From: Isurus oxyrinchus | Lineage: Eukaryota | NCBI GenBank assembly: GCA_026770705.1 | Contig: JANJGN010000036.1 | Location: forward strand, 2,356,001 to 2,420,000 | Length of the DNA stretch: 64,000 bases | Direction: 5' to 3' | Shown: positions 53,606 through 64,000 of the stretch, piece by piece | Layout: each line of letters starts with the position of its first letter | How positions within the stretch are numbered: the stretch's first letter is position 1 | Notes under the pieces: model-generated | What the model was told of the DNA's origin: nothing | The model's database searches: none | What the model saw: only the letters and a program-made list of their open reading frames with translations | Made by a program: the position numbers and the translations under genes

Positions 53606-54380
53606 CTGGGGCAGTGTGATTACGTGGGATGCAATTGAATTTTACACCCCTTCTGTGTTTGATATTGGAATCATCTTCATTTAGGGTGTGCTGTGTTTTC
53701 GAGACATTTTTAGATCTTTTTAAATAATTCCCTTTTTGGATAGATTGCATCAGGTTCAGCATGAATTGGAGCTTTGCGTCCATTTTTAAAATTGTTTCAG
53801 AATGATTTTAACTTTTGTCCCTTGTTCCAGTCTCTCCCAGAAGGGGAAACATCCTCTCTGTCAAGTCCCCTCAGGATTTTATATGCTTCACTAAGAGCAC
53901 CTCTCCTAATTCTAAACTCCAATGGATACAGGCCCAGCCTGACCAACCTTTCCTCATTAGAAAATCAGAATTCTTTCCACATAAGATCAGAGATGATGAG
54001 AAATGCCTCACACAGTTGGCCTCGTCCTTGTCATCATTGGTTTCTGAGCAACAATCTGTTTCTGTTCTGACTGCCCTCGACCAGGCCTCTGTTTCTATTA
54101 CACTGGACCCTGGCTCAGTTATTACTGCACTAGACAATCTCTCAGTCGATAAAACATGCTGCAATGTCTCTGCGAATGCTACACTTCACCCGCTCTCTGT
54201 TTGGACTGTGCGGGACCATTTCTCTGTTTATCACACAATAGGCCTTGTCTTCACTTGGTATCTAATCCCATGCTGCCCTTTCCAGATCAGCCAGGATCTT
54301 ATTGAATAGCAGAAGAGGGTTGAAGGGTTAATTGGCCTCCTTCTCTTTCCATGCGCTATGACCAATACTCTTTATTCACT

Positions 54381-54626
54381 GATAAAAACAAAAAAATTGT
54401 GGATGCTCGAAATTCAAAACAAAAACAGAATTATCTGGAAAAACTCAGCAGGTCTGGCAGCATCGGCGGAGAAGAAAAGAGTTGACGTTTCGAGTCCTCA
54501 TGACCCTTCGACAGAACTTGATTTCGAGTCCAATTTCAACTCTTTCTTGGACTCGAACTCAAGTTCTGTTGAAGGGTCATGAGGACTCGAAAAATCAACT
54601 CTTTTCTTCTCCGCCAATGCTGCCAG
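54381..54626. mobile_element. Palindromic Penelope-derived insertion (hammerhead motifs 54480-54518 minus, 54562-54600 plus)
   Basis: 14-bp TSD ACTCTTTATTCACT (54367-54380, 54627-54640). Confidence 0.9.
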
Positions 54627-57209
54627 ACTCTTTATTCACTCTCTGGCTCTCAGTCACTCACTCGGTCTGAGAGTCTCTATTTTGCATTCACTTGATATGT
54701 GGCTTCTCTCCCTGCCTCTCTTTCTCTGAGAATCTAGTCTACAAACACCAGTCAGCCATTTTAGGTTTGTTCACAGTGGTCATTTTATGTTCCCACAGCA
54801 CTGGGACGTTAATGACAGAGTGACCCCTCACTCATATAAGATTAATATTTTAGATGTGGCAGAGAGACAGCTATGGAGACTTAAATTCACTGGCATATTG
54901 AAAGATCTGGGTATTCAGTCCCACATGTTGCTGTTGTGAATTTGAATCCTGAATTATCTAAAATTGAATCTGGAATTAAAAACCTCCGGGATGGAATGAT
55001 TCACATTCTGTCTGCTGCTGAAAAGCCCATGTGTATGTCTCAGTTTCTCTGTTTTTATAATGGTCTAAGATAACTAGATAGAATGCCACAAGTTGCCATA
55101 AATCAACTCAGTCATAAATGTCCCAGTGCTATGACCAATATCATTCTTTCACCATCTGCCTCTTCATCCTCTTTCGCTCTGTGTCTCTCTCTTTAACATT
55201 CCCTCGTTCTGTGTCTTCTCTTTCCCCTCTCTCTCTCTCTCAGACTATGTAAGAAAAATCCACAAACATCAGGCAGCCATTTTAGGTTTGTTCACAATGG
55301 CCATTTTATGTTCCTACAGCCCTGAGACATTTATGATAGAGTTGACTCCTCACGAATGTGACATTAGTACTTTCGTTGTGACAAAGACACAGCTATGGAG
55401 ACACTGAGACACCGATCAAACACTCATCCCTGAAACACCGCATTGTCCACGGGTTACAGGTCATTAACACTCGCTGATTTAAAAAGGTGCTCACTGCATC
55501 CCAACCTTCATCCCTTTCCCAAATCCTTCAACCTGTATCTCCCCCGTCATCCTTGAACCACATTTGTTGAATTTGAGTTTGTATTGAACCCCATAGTGTA
55601 ATTGGGTTAGGAGTGTTTGATGAACAGTGTAGTCAAAGCTTCACTCTGGAGCACTGGAATTGAGGTTAAGGGATGATTTGATCAAACGCTTCAAGATAAT
55701 AATGGAAATGAAGAGGGTGGATAACAGTGGTAAAGTTGGAGAAGGGACCTCCCTCTATTTTAAAGATGGGGAAAGGATATGTCACAGGATAATGTTTTTT
55801 ATACCGAGGCATGTAGAAAAATATTTAGAGCTTTAGCCTTTTCTCCAGCTGATGAACTTTTAATTGAACACTGTTTTTAATTTGTACTCTAATTCAAAAG
55901 AGAATGATGTTTTTTAATCTCATAACTCCAAGTGTTGAGGGAGCTTTACTCTGTATCTAACCCCATGCTGTACCTGTCCTGGGAGTGTTTGAACTGGACT
56001 GTGTAGAGGGAGATATACTCTGTATCTAAACCCACGCTGTCCAATATCAGATGCAGAAACAGATAAATCGGAGGTTTCATTTCTGTGTCACTTTCTGTAT
56101 CTTGAAGCTTCCAATTGGAGATGTAAATATGTCAGCTGATGAATTTTGTCTTGAAAATTTCATCCTGAATAGTGTGAGCCTTAGTATTGTGGAAACGTGT
56201 GAAGAGAGTGTTTGCATTTACACAGTCCTACATGGTGAAATGTGAGTTATCTTTGAAGCAATAGGATGTAGGTCCAAGGAATCTGAATGGACTATCAGGT
56301 TTTGGTTGATTAAAGAATGAATTTTAATGATGTCCTTTGCAGGAGCCGTTTACTGTAAATGCCCCGAGATAGTGAAATGCTTCAGAAGCTGTTCCCAGGA
56401 AATTTTCCTGAGAAAATAATGGTTTCCCAATGTCTGGATAACTTTCCAATTCTTCAGACACATGAAGGGGGCAGAGATATTGTAAGATACAGATCATGAG
56501 ATGCCAGAGAATCACAGAATTGAAGTTGTGGGGCCCTCTCCTGTTTCAGAATGTCAGTTTTGATGTTTTAGTCTGTGAACCTGGGCAAATGATTCAGAAA
56601 GCAGAAGGTTCCAATCCCGCTCTTTGCTGTTGTGAATTTGAATTCTGAATTTTCTAAAATTGAATCTGGAATTAAAAACCTCCGGGATGGAATGATTCTC
56701 ATTTTGTCTGCTGCTGCAAAGCCCGTGTGTGTGTCTCAGTTTCTCTGTTTTTATTTATGATTTAAGATAATGGGATAGAATGCCACAAGTTTACTAAAGG
56801 GCACAAAAATAGGCAGCAATGGCAGCATTGTAGCTGGAAGCTTCAAATTCCACAGAGATATGAACGCCTTAAGTGATTGGGTGAAATAGTGAAAGATGGA
56901 TTTGATTGTAGGTAAATGTGTGGCCGCTCACTTTAAAAAGGACGGAACAGTTACATTATAAATGATGAAAGGCTGGAAATAGTGGGGATCTAGAGAGACT
57001 TGAGAGCCCCTGTCCATTTGTGTCATGACAAAGGAAACTTCAAACCATTACAATGAGAAATTAAATGTGAACAATGGGGTAAAGCTGGTTAACAACTCAC
57101 ACTACGCATTCCATGAATCAGCCTCTGTAACCTGCACTTCAGCACATCACAAGAAAAATGATATTTTCAATGGTTCGTGATTTGAATCAATCATTCTGTG
57201 TTAAAACCC

Positions 57210-57430
57210 CACTGAATCCCTCGATTAGTATCCAGTCCGTAACTCACTCCCAGGTATCTTCTATTCTTTATTTAAACCACCAGCAAAACCTTTGATTAGA
57301 TTCCAGGCTGTAACTCACTCCCGGGTATCCGTTATTCTATATATAAACCACCCCGAGCCCCTCGATTAGATTCCAGTCTGTAACTCACTTCTGGGTATCC
57401 TTTATTCTATGTATACACCAGCCAGAACCC
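57210..57430 (+). repeat. Short (~3-unit) copy of the 70-bp satellite
   Basis: Same unit, at the position paralogous to the start of the 13-kb array. Confidence 0.85.
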
Positions 57431-59345
57431 ATCTAGCTGCACCTGTTCTGGTAGTGTTTGATGTGGACAGTGTAGAGGGAGATTTACTCTGTATCTAACC
57501 CCGTGCTGCACCTGTCCTGGAGTGTTTGATGGGGACAGTGTAGAGGGAGCTTTACTCAGTATCTAACCCCGTACTGCACCTGTCCTGGGGTGTTTGATGG
57601 AGACAGTGTAGAGGGAGCTTTACTCTGTATCTATACCCATGCTGTAACTGTCCTGGGAGTGTTTGATGGGGACAGTGTAGAAGGAAAAACTTCTAAACAC
57701 AAAGGGTTGTGGATGTTTGGAACTGTCCTCACCAATTGTAGTTAATGCTGAGTCAATTTTTAATTTTCAAATCTATGATAGACCTGATCTGAAGCCTTTC
57801 ATAAATCCAAATATGCCTCTATTCCTCTGTCCTTGCTCAATTTGTAGATGAGTGTCTGTGTATGTGTGTGCCTCTTTCTGTGTGTTTCTGTATCNNNNNN
57901 NNNNNNNNNNNNNNNNNNNNNNNNNNNNNNNNNNNNNNNNNNNNNNNNNNNNNNNNNNNNNNNNNNNNNNNNNNNNNNNNNNNNNNNNNNNNNNNNNNNN
58001 NNNNNNNNNNNNNNNNNNNNNNNNNNNNNNNNNNNNNNNNNNNNNNNNNNNNNNNNNNNNNNNNNNNNTCTCTCCCGCACTCTGGAAATCTTCACATACA
58101 TCATTTGGCCATTTTAAGTTGGCTCATGGTGGCCATTTTTACACCAAAATTCTGTTTTACCACAGCAAGTCTTCCTTAATATTGTAGACCAATTGGACAA
58201 TGTAAAGGGAGCTTGAGGCTCTGTGTAACCCTGTATTGTACCTGTTCTCCAAGTGTCTGATGGAAAGTGAAGAGGAAGGTTTACTCCGCCTCTTACATGT
58301 GCTGCACCTGTCGTGGGCATCTTTGAAAGGGAGATTGTAGAGGGAGCTTTACTCTGTACTGTACCTGTCCTGTGAGTGTTTGATAGGGACAGTGTAGAAG
58401 GAGCCTTACTCTGTATTGTCCCTGCCCTGCAAGTGTTTGAGAGGAGATTGTGAAGAGAAATTTACTCTGTATTTGAAGGGACAGTGCAGAGGGAGCTTCA
58501 TCTTCTATATTACCTTGTGTTGTTTCTGTACTGCAAGTGTCTGATGGGAGAGTGGAAAGGAAGATTTACCCAGTTTCTCACGTGTCCTGGGTATGTATGA
58601 ATGGGAGATTGTAGAGGAAGCTTTATTCTGTACTGTACCTGTCCTGGGAGTGTTTGAAAGGAGATTATACAGGGAATTTACTTTGTTACTAACCATGTGC
58701 TGTTCCTGCCCTGGGAGTGATTGTTGGGACGTTGTAGAGGGAGATTTACTCTGTACATAACCATGTGCTGTAACTCTCCAGGGACTGATTATGTGTGACC
58801 TTCTAAAGGGAACTTTAACCAGTACCTAACCCCGTACTATATCAGCCTGGGGAGCATTTGAGGATACAGTATAGAGAGAATTTTACTCCGTATCCAACAG
58901 CGTGCTGTGCCTGACATGTCCTGGGAGTGTTTGATATGACTGTTTAGAAGGAGTTAACTCTGTATTTAACCCCATGCTGTAACTGTGCTGGGAGTGTTTT
59001 ATGGGGTTGGTGTAGAGGGAGCTCTACTCTGTATCAAACCCTGTGCTGTACCTGTCCTGGGAGTGTTTGATGGGTCAGCGTGGAGGTAGTTTTGTTCAGT
59101 ATCTAACCCTGTGCAGTGCCAGTCCTGGGAGTTCTTGATGGGAACAGTGTAGAGAGAGGTTACTCTGTATCTAGCCCCATGCTGTACCTGTCCTGGGAGT
59201 GTTTGATGGGGACGGTGTAGAGGGATATTAACTCTGTATCTAACCCTGTGCTGTACCTGTCTTTGGAGTGTTTGATGGAGACAGCGAAAGGGAGCTTTAA
59301 ATTGTATTTAACCCCGTGCTGTATCATCTCTGGGGGTATTTGATG
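57430..59345 (+). repeat. 69-bp satellite blocks interleaved with modules duplicated from ~29985-31350
   Basis: Direct reading; colinear with the 30-31 kb region. Confidence 0.85.
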
Positions 59346-60982
59346 GCAACATTCTCATCCAACACGAAAGCATTCCACAGAGCAGGGCCAGAAATTGAAC
59401 ATGAGTTTCCTTGTTTGATTCTTTCTGGTCTGTTCTGATTCTCTGATAGATTCCTGGTGCTTATACTCCACATGAGCAGTTGTCCTAATCCTGTGTACTT
59501 GTCCTGCTCCCAAACACGGTATCTGACTCCAATAAGGCAAGCAATACAGGAGCGTCTCAGTGAGTGAGACAGGTGAGTCTTGAGCCTGACCCGGGTGTAT
59601 GTGAGTGACCCAGGTTAATCCGACACTCCAGGGACAGTTTAGACAGTTTGAGTGCAATGCAGCTTTGCCAGAATGAGACCTGGATTCCAAGGGTTAAATG
59701 ACAAAGTGAGATTGCACATACTCGGGTTGTATTCCCTGAAATTTAGCAGCATCAGTGGGGATTTGATCAAGTTGTCACAGTATGAGCCCTTTTCCTGTGT
59801 AACAACCTTTCGTCAGACACCTTATGGAATCATTCTTGAAAATCCAAGTATCCTTCCATGACCAGCTCTCTGTCTCTCGCTCACCCTCTCGGGCAGTATC
59901 TCTCTCACCGTCTCTCTGTCTGATGTTTAAAAATGTTCTCTCACCTCATTTTGGATGTGTGGGAATAACAATTGTGAAACAATGTTCTAAATCTGCTTTA
60001 ATTGTATTTTCTGCGCTTGTTCGCAACTTGTCAGAGAGAGAGAGAAAAAGAGTGAGAGAGATAGAGAAGGGGAGAGGAAGACAGAGAGGGAAGGAGAGAT
60101 TGAGTTAGAAATGGAGAGGGAGAGAGAAGGGGATGAATGTGAGGCGTGGGGTGAGGGGGGAGAGAAAGAGAGAAGTATCGAGAGAGAGAGAAGGAAATAT
60201 AGACGGACGGAGAGTGCGGAGAAACTTCCATGGAAATCCCATAGTCTGATCAGTGATCTCCTTCAGAATTACAATCACATCAGTCAAACAGGATTTCCCT
60301 TTAACAAAGCTGTACTGGGGTCCACTGCTCAGTTCACATTGCTGAAGACTCCATCCACCCTATCCTGAATGACAGATTCTAAAAACTCCCCCACAACTGG
60401 CAATACACTGAGAGGTCCGTGGTTACCCGGTTGTCCTTTCCCCCGCCCCTCTTAAACCTTTCAGGATAGGAAAGAATGTGTATAGTTCCCGACAACTCAT
60501 TACAAAAAGCATCGATTGGAAGGGGCGCAGCACAGATTAACCATCGTGTTACTGGGAGTCCATGGTTAAAATTACGAGGGGGAGTTACATAGTTTGGCTT
60601 CCCTGAACTGGGGATTATTAAGGGAGGATATGATAGGGATTTTGAGCATTTGGGAAAAGTAAAGGGGTAAATAGAGAGAAAATACTCTCTTGATAAGGGG
60701 GACGTCCAAAACCAGGAGACATGTCTTTAAAATGAATAAATCCAATGGGGAATTCAGGAGAAACTTATTAAACTAGGGAGTCATTACAATGTGGAATTCG
60801 CTCCCCAGGGAGCGGTTGAGGCCGATCGCACACTCACATATTTTTCGATTTCTCTTTTATGTAATTCTATGTATTATTGCCCCATTCTACAAGCAGAGAG
60901 AATTTACACATAGGATACTAGGGAAAATTCGACAGAATATTTTGAGTCACAAAGTCGGACACTCATTTAACTCGCTTCCGAT

Positions 60983-60988
60983 TTTATT
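60983..60988 (-). terminator. Polyadenylation signal AATAAA of the Ig light-chain gene
   Basis: First minus-strand AATAAA, ~145 nt downstream of the C-exon stop. Confidence 0.7.
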
Positions 60989-61132
60989 CAACATTCAGGT
61001 TGTTCGCCAAAACCTGACATTGCCACAGCCACTACATTGCAGTTAAAAAGAGGCACATTTTGCACACATGGAATCTTCTGCGGAATTACATGAAAGATGA
61101 ATAAATGAAACTCTAACTCCAACAAAAGTCTC

Positions 61133-61461
61133 TCAGAGTGAGCAATCGCTGAAGCTGATGGTGTTGAGAAGGGGTGAGTTCAGGGAGCCGTGGCTGACAC
61201 TGCAGGAATATCTGGAGCCCTTCTTCCAGTCAGTGGCTGGGACTCTCAGGTAACTGCTCAGGCTGTAGGTTTGATCGCTGTCCGGGGACACAACGCTTGT
61301 CCTCACTCCGCTGTCTGTCTCTTTGCCATCCACACTCCAGAGGACCCGCACGAAACCCGGCTTAAAGCCACTCACCAGGCAGGACAGAGTGGCCGAGCCC
61401 GAGTCTATCTCTTTTGAGGAAGGGGGGAGAAGAAGGACGGATGGCGTTCGATCCTCAGTAC
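61133..61461 (-). CDS. Ig light-chain constant exon (cartilaginous-fish type I / sigma-cart-like)
   Basis: (S)TEDRTPSVLLLPPSSKEIDSGSATLSCLVSGFKPG..VLWSVDG..YSLSSYLRV..W..GSRYSCSVSH..DCSL*: a C1-set domain with terminal Cys; phase-1 acceptor CACACAG|GT. Confidence 0.95.
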
Positions 61462-61880
61462 CTGTGTGTGTGAGAGAAAGTACAGAAAATATATTAATAT
61501 AAAGAACACATTGACCTGTGTGTTTGTGAGAGAGAGAGAGAGGGGGGGGCGGAGAATGCCCCTTAACGTATAGAAAACACTGACGTGTGTGCGAGAAAGA
61601 GAGGGAGAAATTCATTACTATATAGGAGGCTTTAACCTGTGTATTTTTGAAAGAAAATTCATTCAGACACATAACAGTCGTATCTATGTGTGCATATGTG
61701 TGTGTGTGAGAGAGAGAAAAATAAATAAATCATTAATATATAGAACACTCTGACCTGTGTGTTTGTGTGTGTGTGAGAGAGAGAGACGGAGAGGGGAGAG
61801 AGTGAGAGAGAGAGAAAGAAAGAGAGAAAGAGAAAGAGAGTTCTGTAAAATGCATTCATATATAGAACACTCTGATCCCG

Positions 61881-61914
<34 letters not shown>

Positions 61915-62130
61915 CAGAGAGAGAGACGGAGGGGTGTGAGTGTGAGAGAGAAAGAGAGGGTTCTGCAATATATAGAACACTGTGAACTGTGCGTATGTGA
62001 GAGAGGGAGGAGAGAAAATGTATTCATATATAGAACACTCTGATCCCTGTGTGTGTGTGTACATTTCTGTGTGAGAGGGAAATAGTTCATTAATATAAGG
62101 CAAACTCTGACCTGTGCATGTGTGTGTGAG
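61462..62130 (-). repeat. J-C intronic tandem repeat (~10 units of (CT)n(CA)n-CAG-GTCAGAGTGTTCTATATA)
   Basis: Plus strand shows recurring TATATAGAACACTCTGACCTGTGTGT..GAGAGA. Confidence 0.85.
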
Positions 62131-62808
62131 AAAAAATCTCATGATACATAGATCTCGCTGATCTGAAATCGGACTGGACGCCAAAAGTCAATCACGAATC
62201 ATTTTAACTTTAACTTAAATTATTGATTAAAACACGTGTTCCAACAACTTCTTATTCCCATAATTCCCTGCCCAATCTTAAAATCCCTTTGCTGACATTG
62301 TAACAGTGACTAGGTGAAAAATAGTTCGTTGCTTATTAATCTTTTGGGCGCCTTGGGGGGCGCTGAAGGCTCTGGAAGAAACTCAAAGAATCAGAGGCTG
62401 ACCCAGCAAAATAAGAGGTCATGCGGCTCCTCACGCCTCTGCTAGCTCTTGTAAGAGCTTTCCAAGTAGTCCCACTCACCGCCTCTGCTTGCAAAGCGCT
62501 GCAAATTTTCCCTTTCAAGTATTTGTCGACTGTACACTTTTGAAAGTATCTATAGAATCTACGTCCACCTGCCTTTCTGGAAGCCTGTTCTTTCATAATT
62601 TAATTTATAATTTGACCCTGATTCTCTCGTTATTTTCTCCCGGTGCAGTTCAATTCCAAGTCTGACTCAGTTAACAATTCTGGATATAAATTGATCAGAT
62701 CAAAATTTACGAAATGGGGATTTGACATCCGCTGGAGAATGATGTCGCCTCTAAATTAATAATAATTGAAACAATGTGACTTAGAGAGAGAGAGGGGGAA
62801 TCACTTAC

Positions 62809-62845
62809 TCCGAACATTCAAGGTGGTCCCACCTCCGAAGATCCA
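62809..62845 (-). CDS. Ig light-chain J segment (WIFGGGTTLNVR)
   Basis: FGGG motif followed by a phase-1 GTAAGT donor at 62808. Confidence 0.95.
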
Positions 62846-62884
62846 CACAGAGCGGCGGTGCAATCGGACGGGTCATCTGAAACT
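62846..62884 (+). promoter_or_regulatory. J recombination signal, 23-bp spacer (CACAGAG-23-TCTGAAACT)
   Basis: Heptamer abuts J; nonamer is degenerate but keeps AAAC at positions 5-8. Confidence 0.8.
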
Positions 62885-63070
62885 CAGGCTGCGGGGAAAA
62901 GTACAGGATGAAATATTAATAACCTCTCTTTTATCACATTCCCTGTCACATTCTGCCTTTCACATGGGCTCGAACACATAGAACAAGAGAGATATTTCAA
63001 AAATAGCGTGAAACCCTGATAATAGTCATCGTTACTGACCAGGGTAATATTGAGAACCGCTATTGAGAAA

Positions 63071-63078
63071 ATGCAAAT
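63071..63078 (-). promoter_or_regulatory. Octamer ATTTGCAT in the V-J spacer
   Basis: Perfect octamer in the same orientation as the V promoter octamer; function is inferred only. Confidence 0.45.
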
Positions 63079-63203
63079 TAACCCTTGGAATCTCAGTTAA
63101 ATTTCTCAAGAACTTACACAAGGAACACTTTGGAAGTTGATGACATATTCTCGGCCAGGAACACTCCAGCTGCTGTTATAATTCTGAGCGGTTTTCTACA
63201 TAC

Positions 63204-63231
63204 AGTTTTTGTATGGCTCTGTCTCACTGTG
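63204..63231 (-). promoter_or_regulatory. V recombination signal, 12-bp spacer (CACAGTG-AGACAGAGCCAT-ACAAAAACT)
   Basis: Consensus heptamer and near-consensus nonamer directly after V. Confidence 0.95.
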
Positions 63232-63557
63232 CACGCCTGCTGAGCTATCCCAGACCTGACAGTAATAGACGGCGGAGTCACCGGACTCCAGGCTTCCAAT
63301 GGTCAGAATGAAATTGTTCCTGGAGGTGTCTCTCGAAGGTTGAAAACGGTCGGTGAAGCCGGTGCCTCGAGAGACGCTGCCATCTTTGCTCTGATATAGC
63401 ACCCAGACGGGAGCTTCACCGGGTCGCTGCCGGTGCCAGTACACATAAGCGCTTCCCACATTCCCGTTCTGCATCCCGCACTGTAATCGGGCGGTCTGAC
63501 CAGCGGAGACTGGGTCGGAAATTGGGACTTGATTGAGGACGAGAACCGCCAGGACTC
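63232..63557 (-). CDS. Ig light-chain V exon, unrearranged (type I / sigma-cart-like)
   Basis: GVLA-VLVLNQVPISDPVSAGQTARLQC..VYWHRQRPGEAP..DRFQPSRD..LTIGSLESGDSAVYYCQVWDSSAGV: open frame with canonical C-W-C; acceptor TTTTTAATTGAAG. Confidence 0.95.
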
Positions 63558-63703
63558 CTTCAATTAAAAAGAGACAAAAGAAAACATTCAATAACCTGCA
63601 GCAAATGTGTCGTTAATGCATCAATAAACATGGGTCTTTACCGGACCGTTCTCGGTGTTTAACGGATTCTCTGTAATCAAAACCCGCTCCTCCAATATCT
63701 GAC

Positions 63704-63752
63704 CTGTTAAATGGAGCAGCAGAGCCCACACGAGATGCAGCACTGGAGCCAT
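63704..63752 (-). CDS. Ig light-chain leader exon (MAPVLHLVWALLLHLT-G)
   Basis: ATG at 63752, hydrophobic signal peptide, phase-1 donor CAG|GTCAGA matching the V acceptor phase. Confidence 0.9.
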
Positions 63753-63857
63753 TTCCTCTGGATAAGCGCCTGCCCAAATTTCCCACTGTAGCGGTTGCTG
63801 TCAACTCCGAGAGCGGCTCCGGTTCCAGTGCCAGTTATACCCGACACTCCAGCTCCA

Positions 63858-63878
63858 TTTATTAAGCAGAATGCAAAT
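63858..63878 (-). promoter_or_regulatory. Ig V promoter: octamer ATTTGCAT (63871-63878) plus TATA-like TTAATAAA (63858-63865)
   Basis: Light-chain-type octamer orientation ~120 bp upstream of the ATG. Confidence 0.85.
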
Positions 63879-64000
63879 GAGTGGGAGCGGCCAGGGAAAC
63901 GGTGCCGGCAAATTTACATTTCGAGTTGTTTTTTTGGCTGGTAAAGTTATTGCCAAAATCTTAACCTTTGATTTACAAATATTTAATCTGCAATTGGAAT

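Overview
Eukaryotic, repeat-dominated DNA from a cartilaginous fish (shark-like; inferred from the Ig gene type and repeat families). The only intact protein-coding gene is an unrearranged immunoglobulin light-chain cluster (leader-V-J-C, type I / sigma-cart-like) on the minus strand at about 61.1-63.9 kb, with octamer/TATA promoter, 12- and 23-bp RSSs and a polyA signal. The rest has four components. (i) Six insertions of one Penelope-like (Neptune-type, RT + GIY-YIG) retroelement family; four are inverted-repeat (hairpin) insertions of 0.13-5.9 kb with 13-16 bp target-site duplications (TSDs), and the family carries a minimal hammerhead-ribozyme motif with an atypical core. (ii) A ~13 kb 70-bp satellite interrupted by a solo LTR. 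(iii) Many 69-bp satellite blocks, mini/microsatellites and CR1/SINE remnants. (iv) Locally duplicated modules. Three N-runs (11602-11746, 28232-28368, 57895-58068) cannot be read. All family assignments are by eye, without database searches, and repeat boundaries are approximate.
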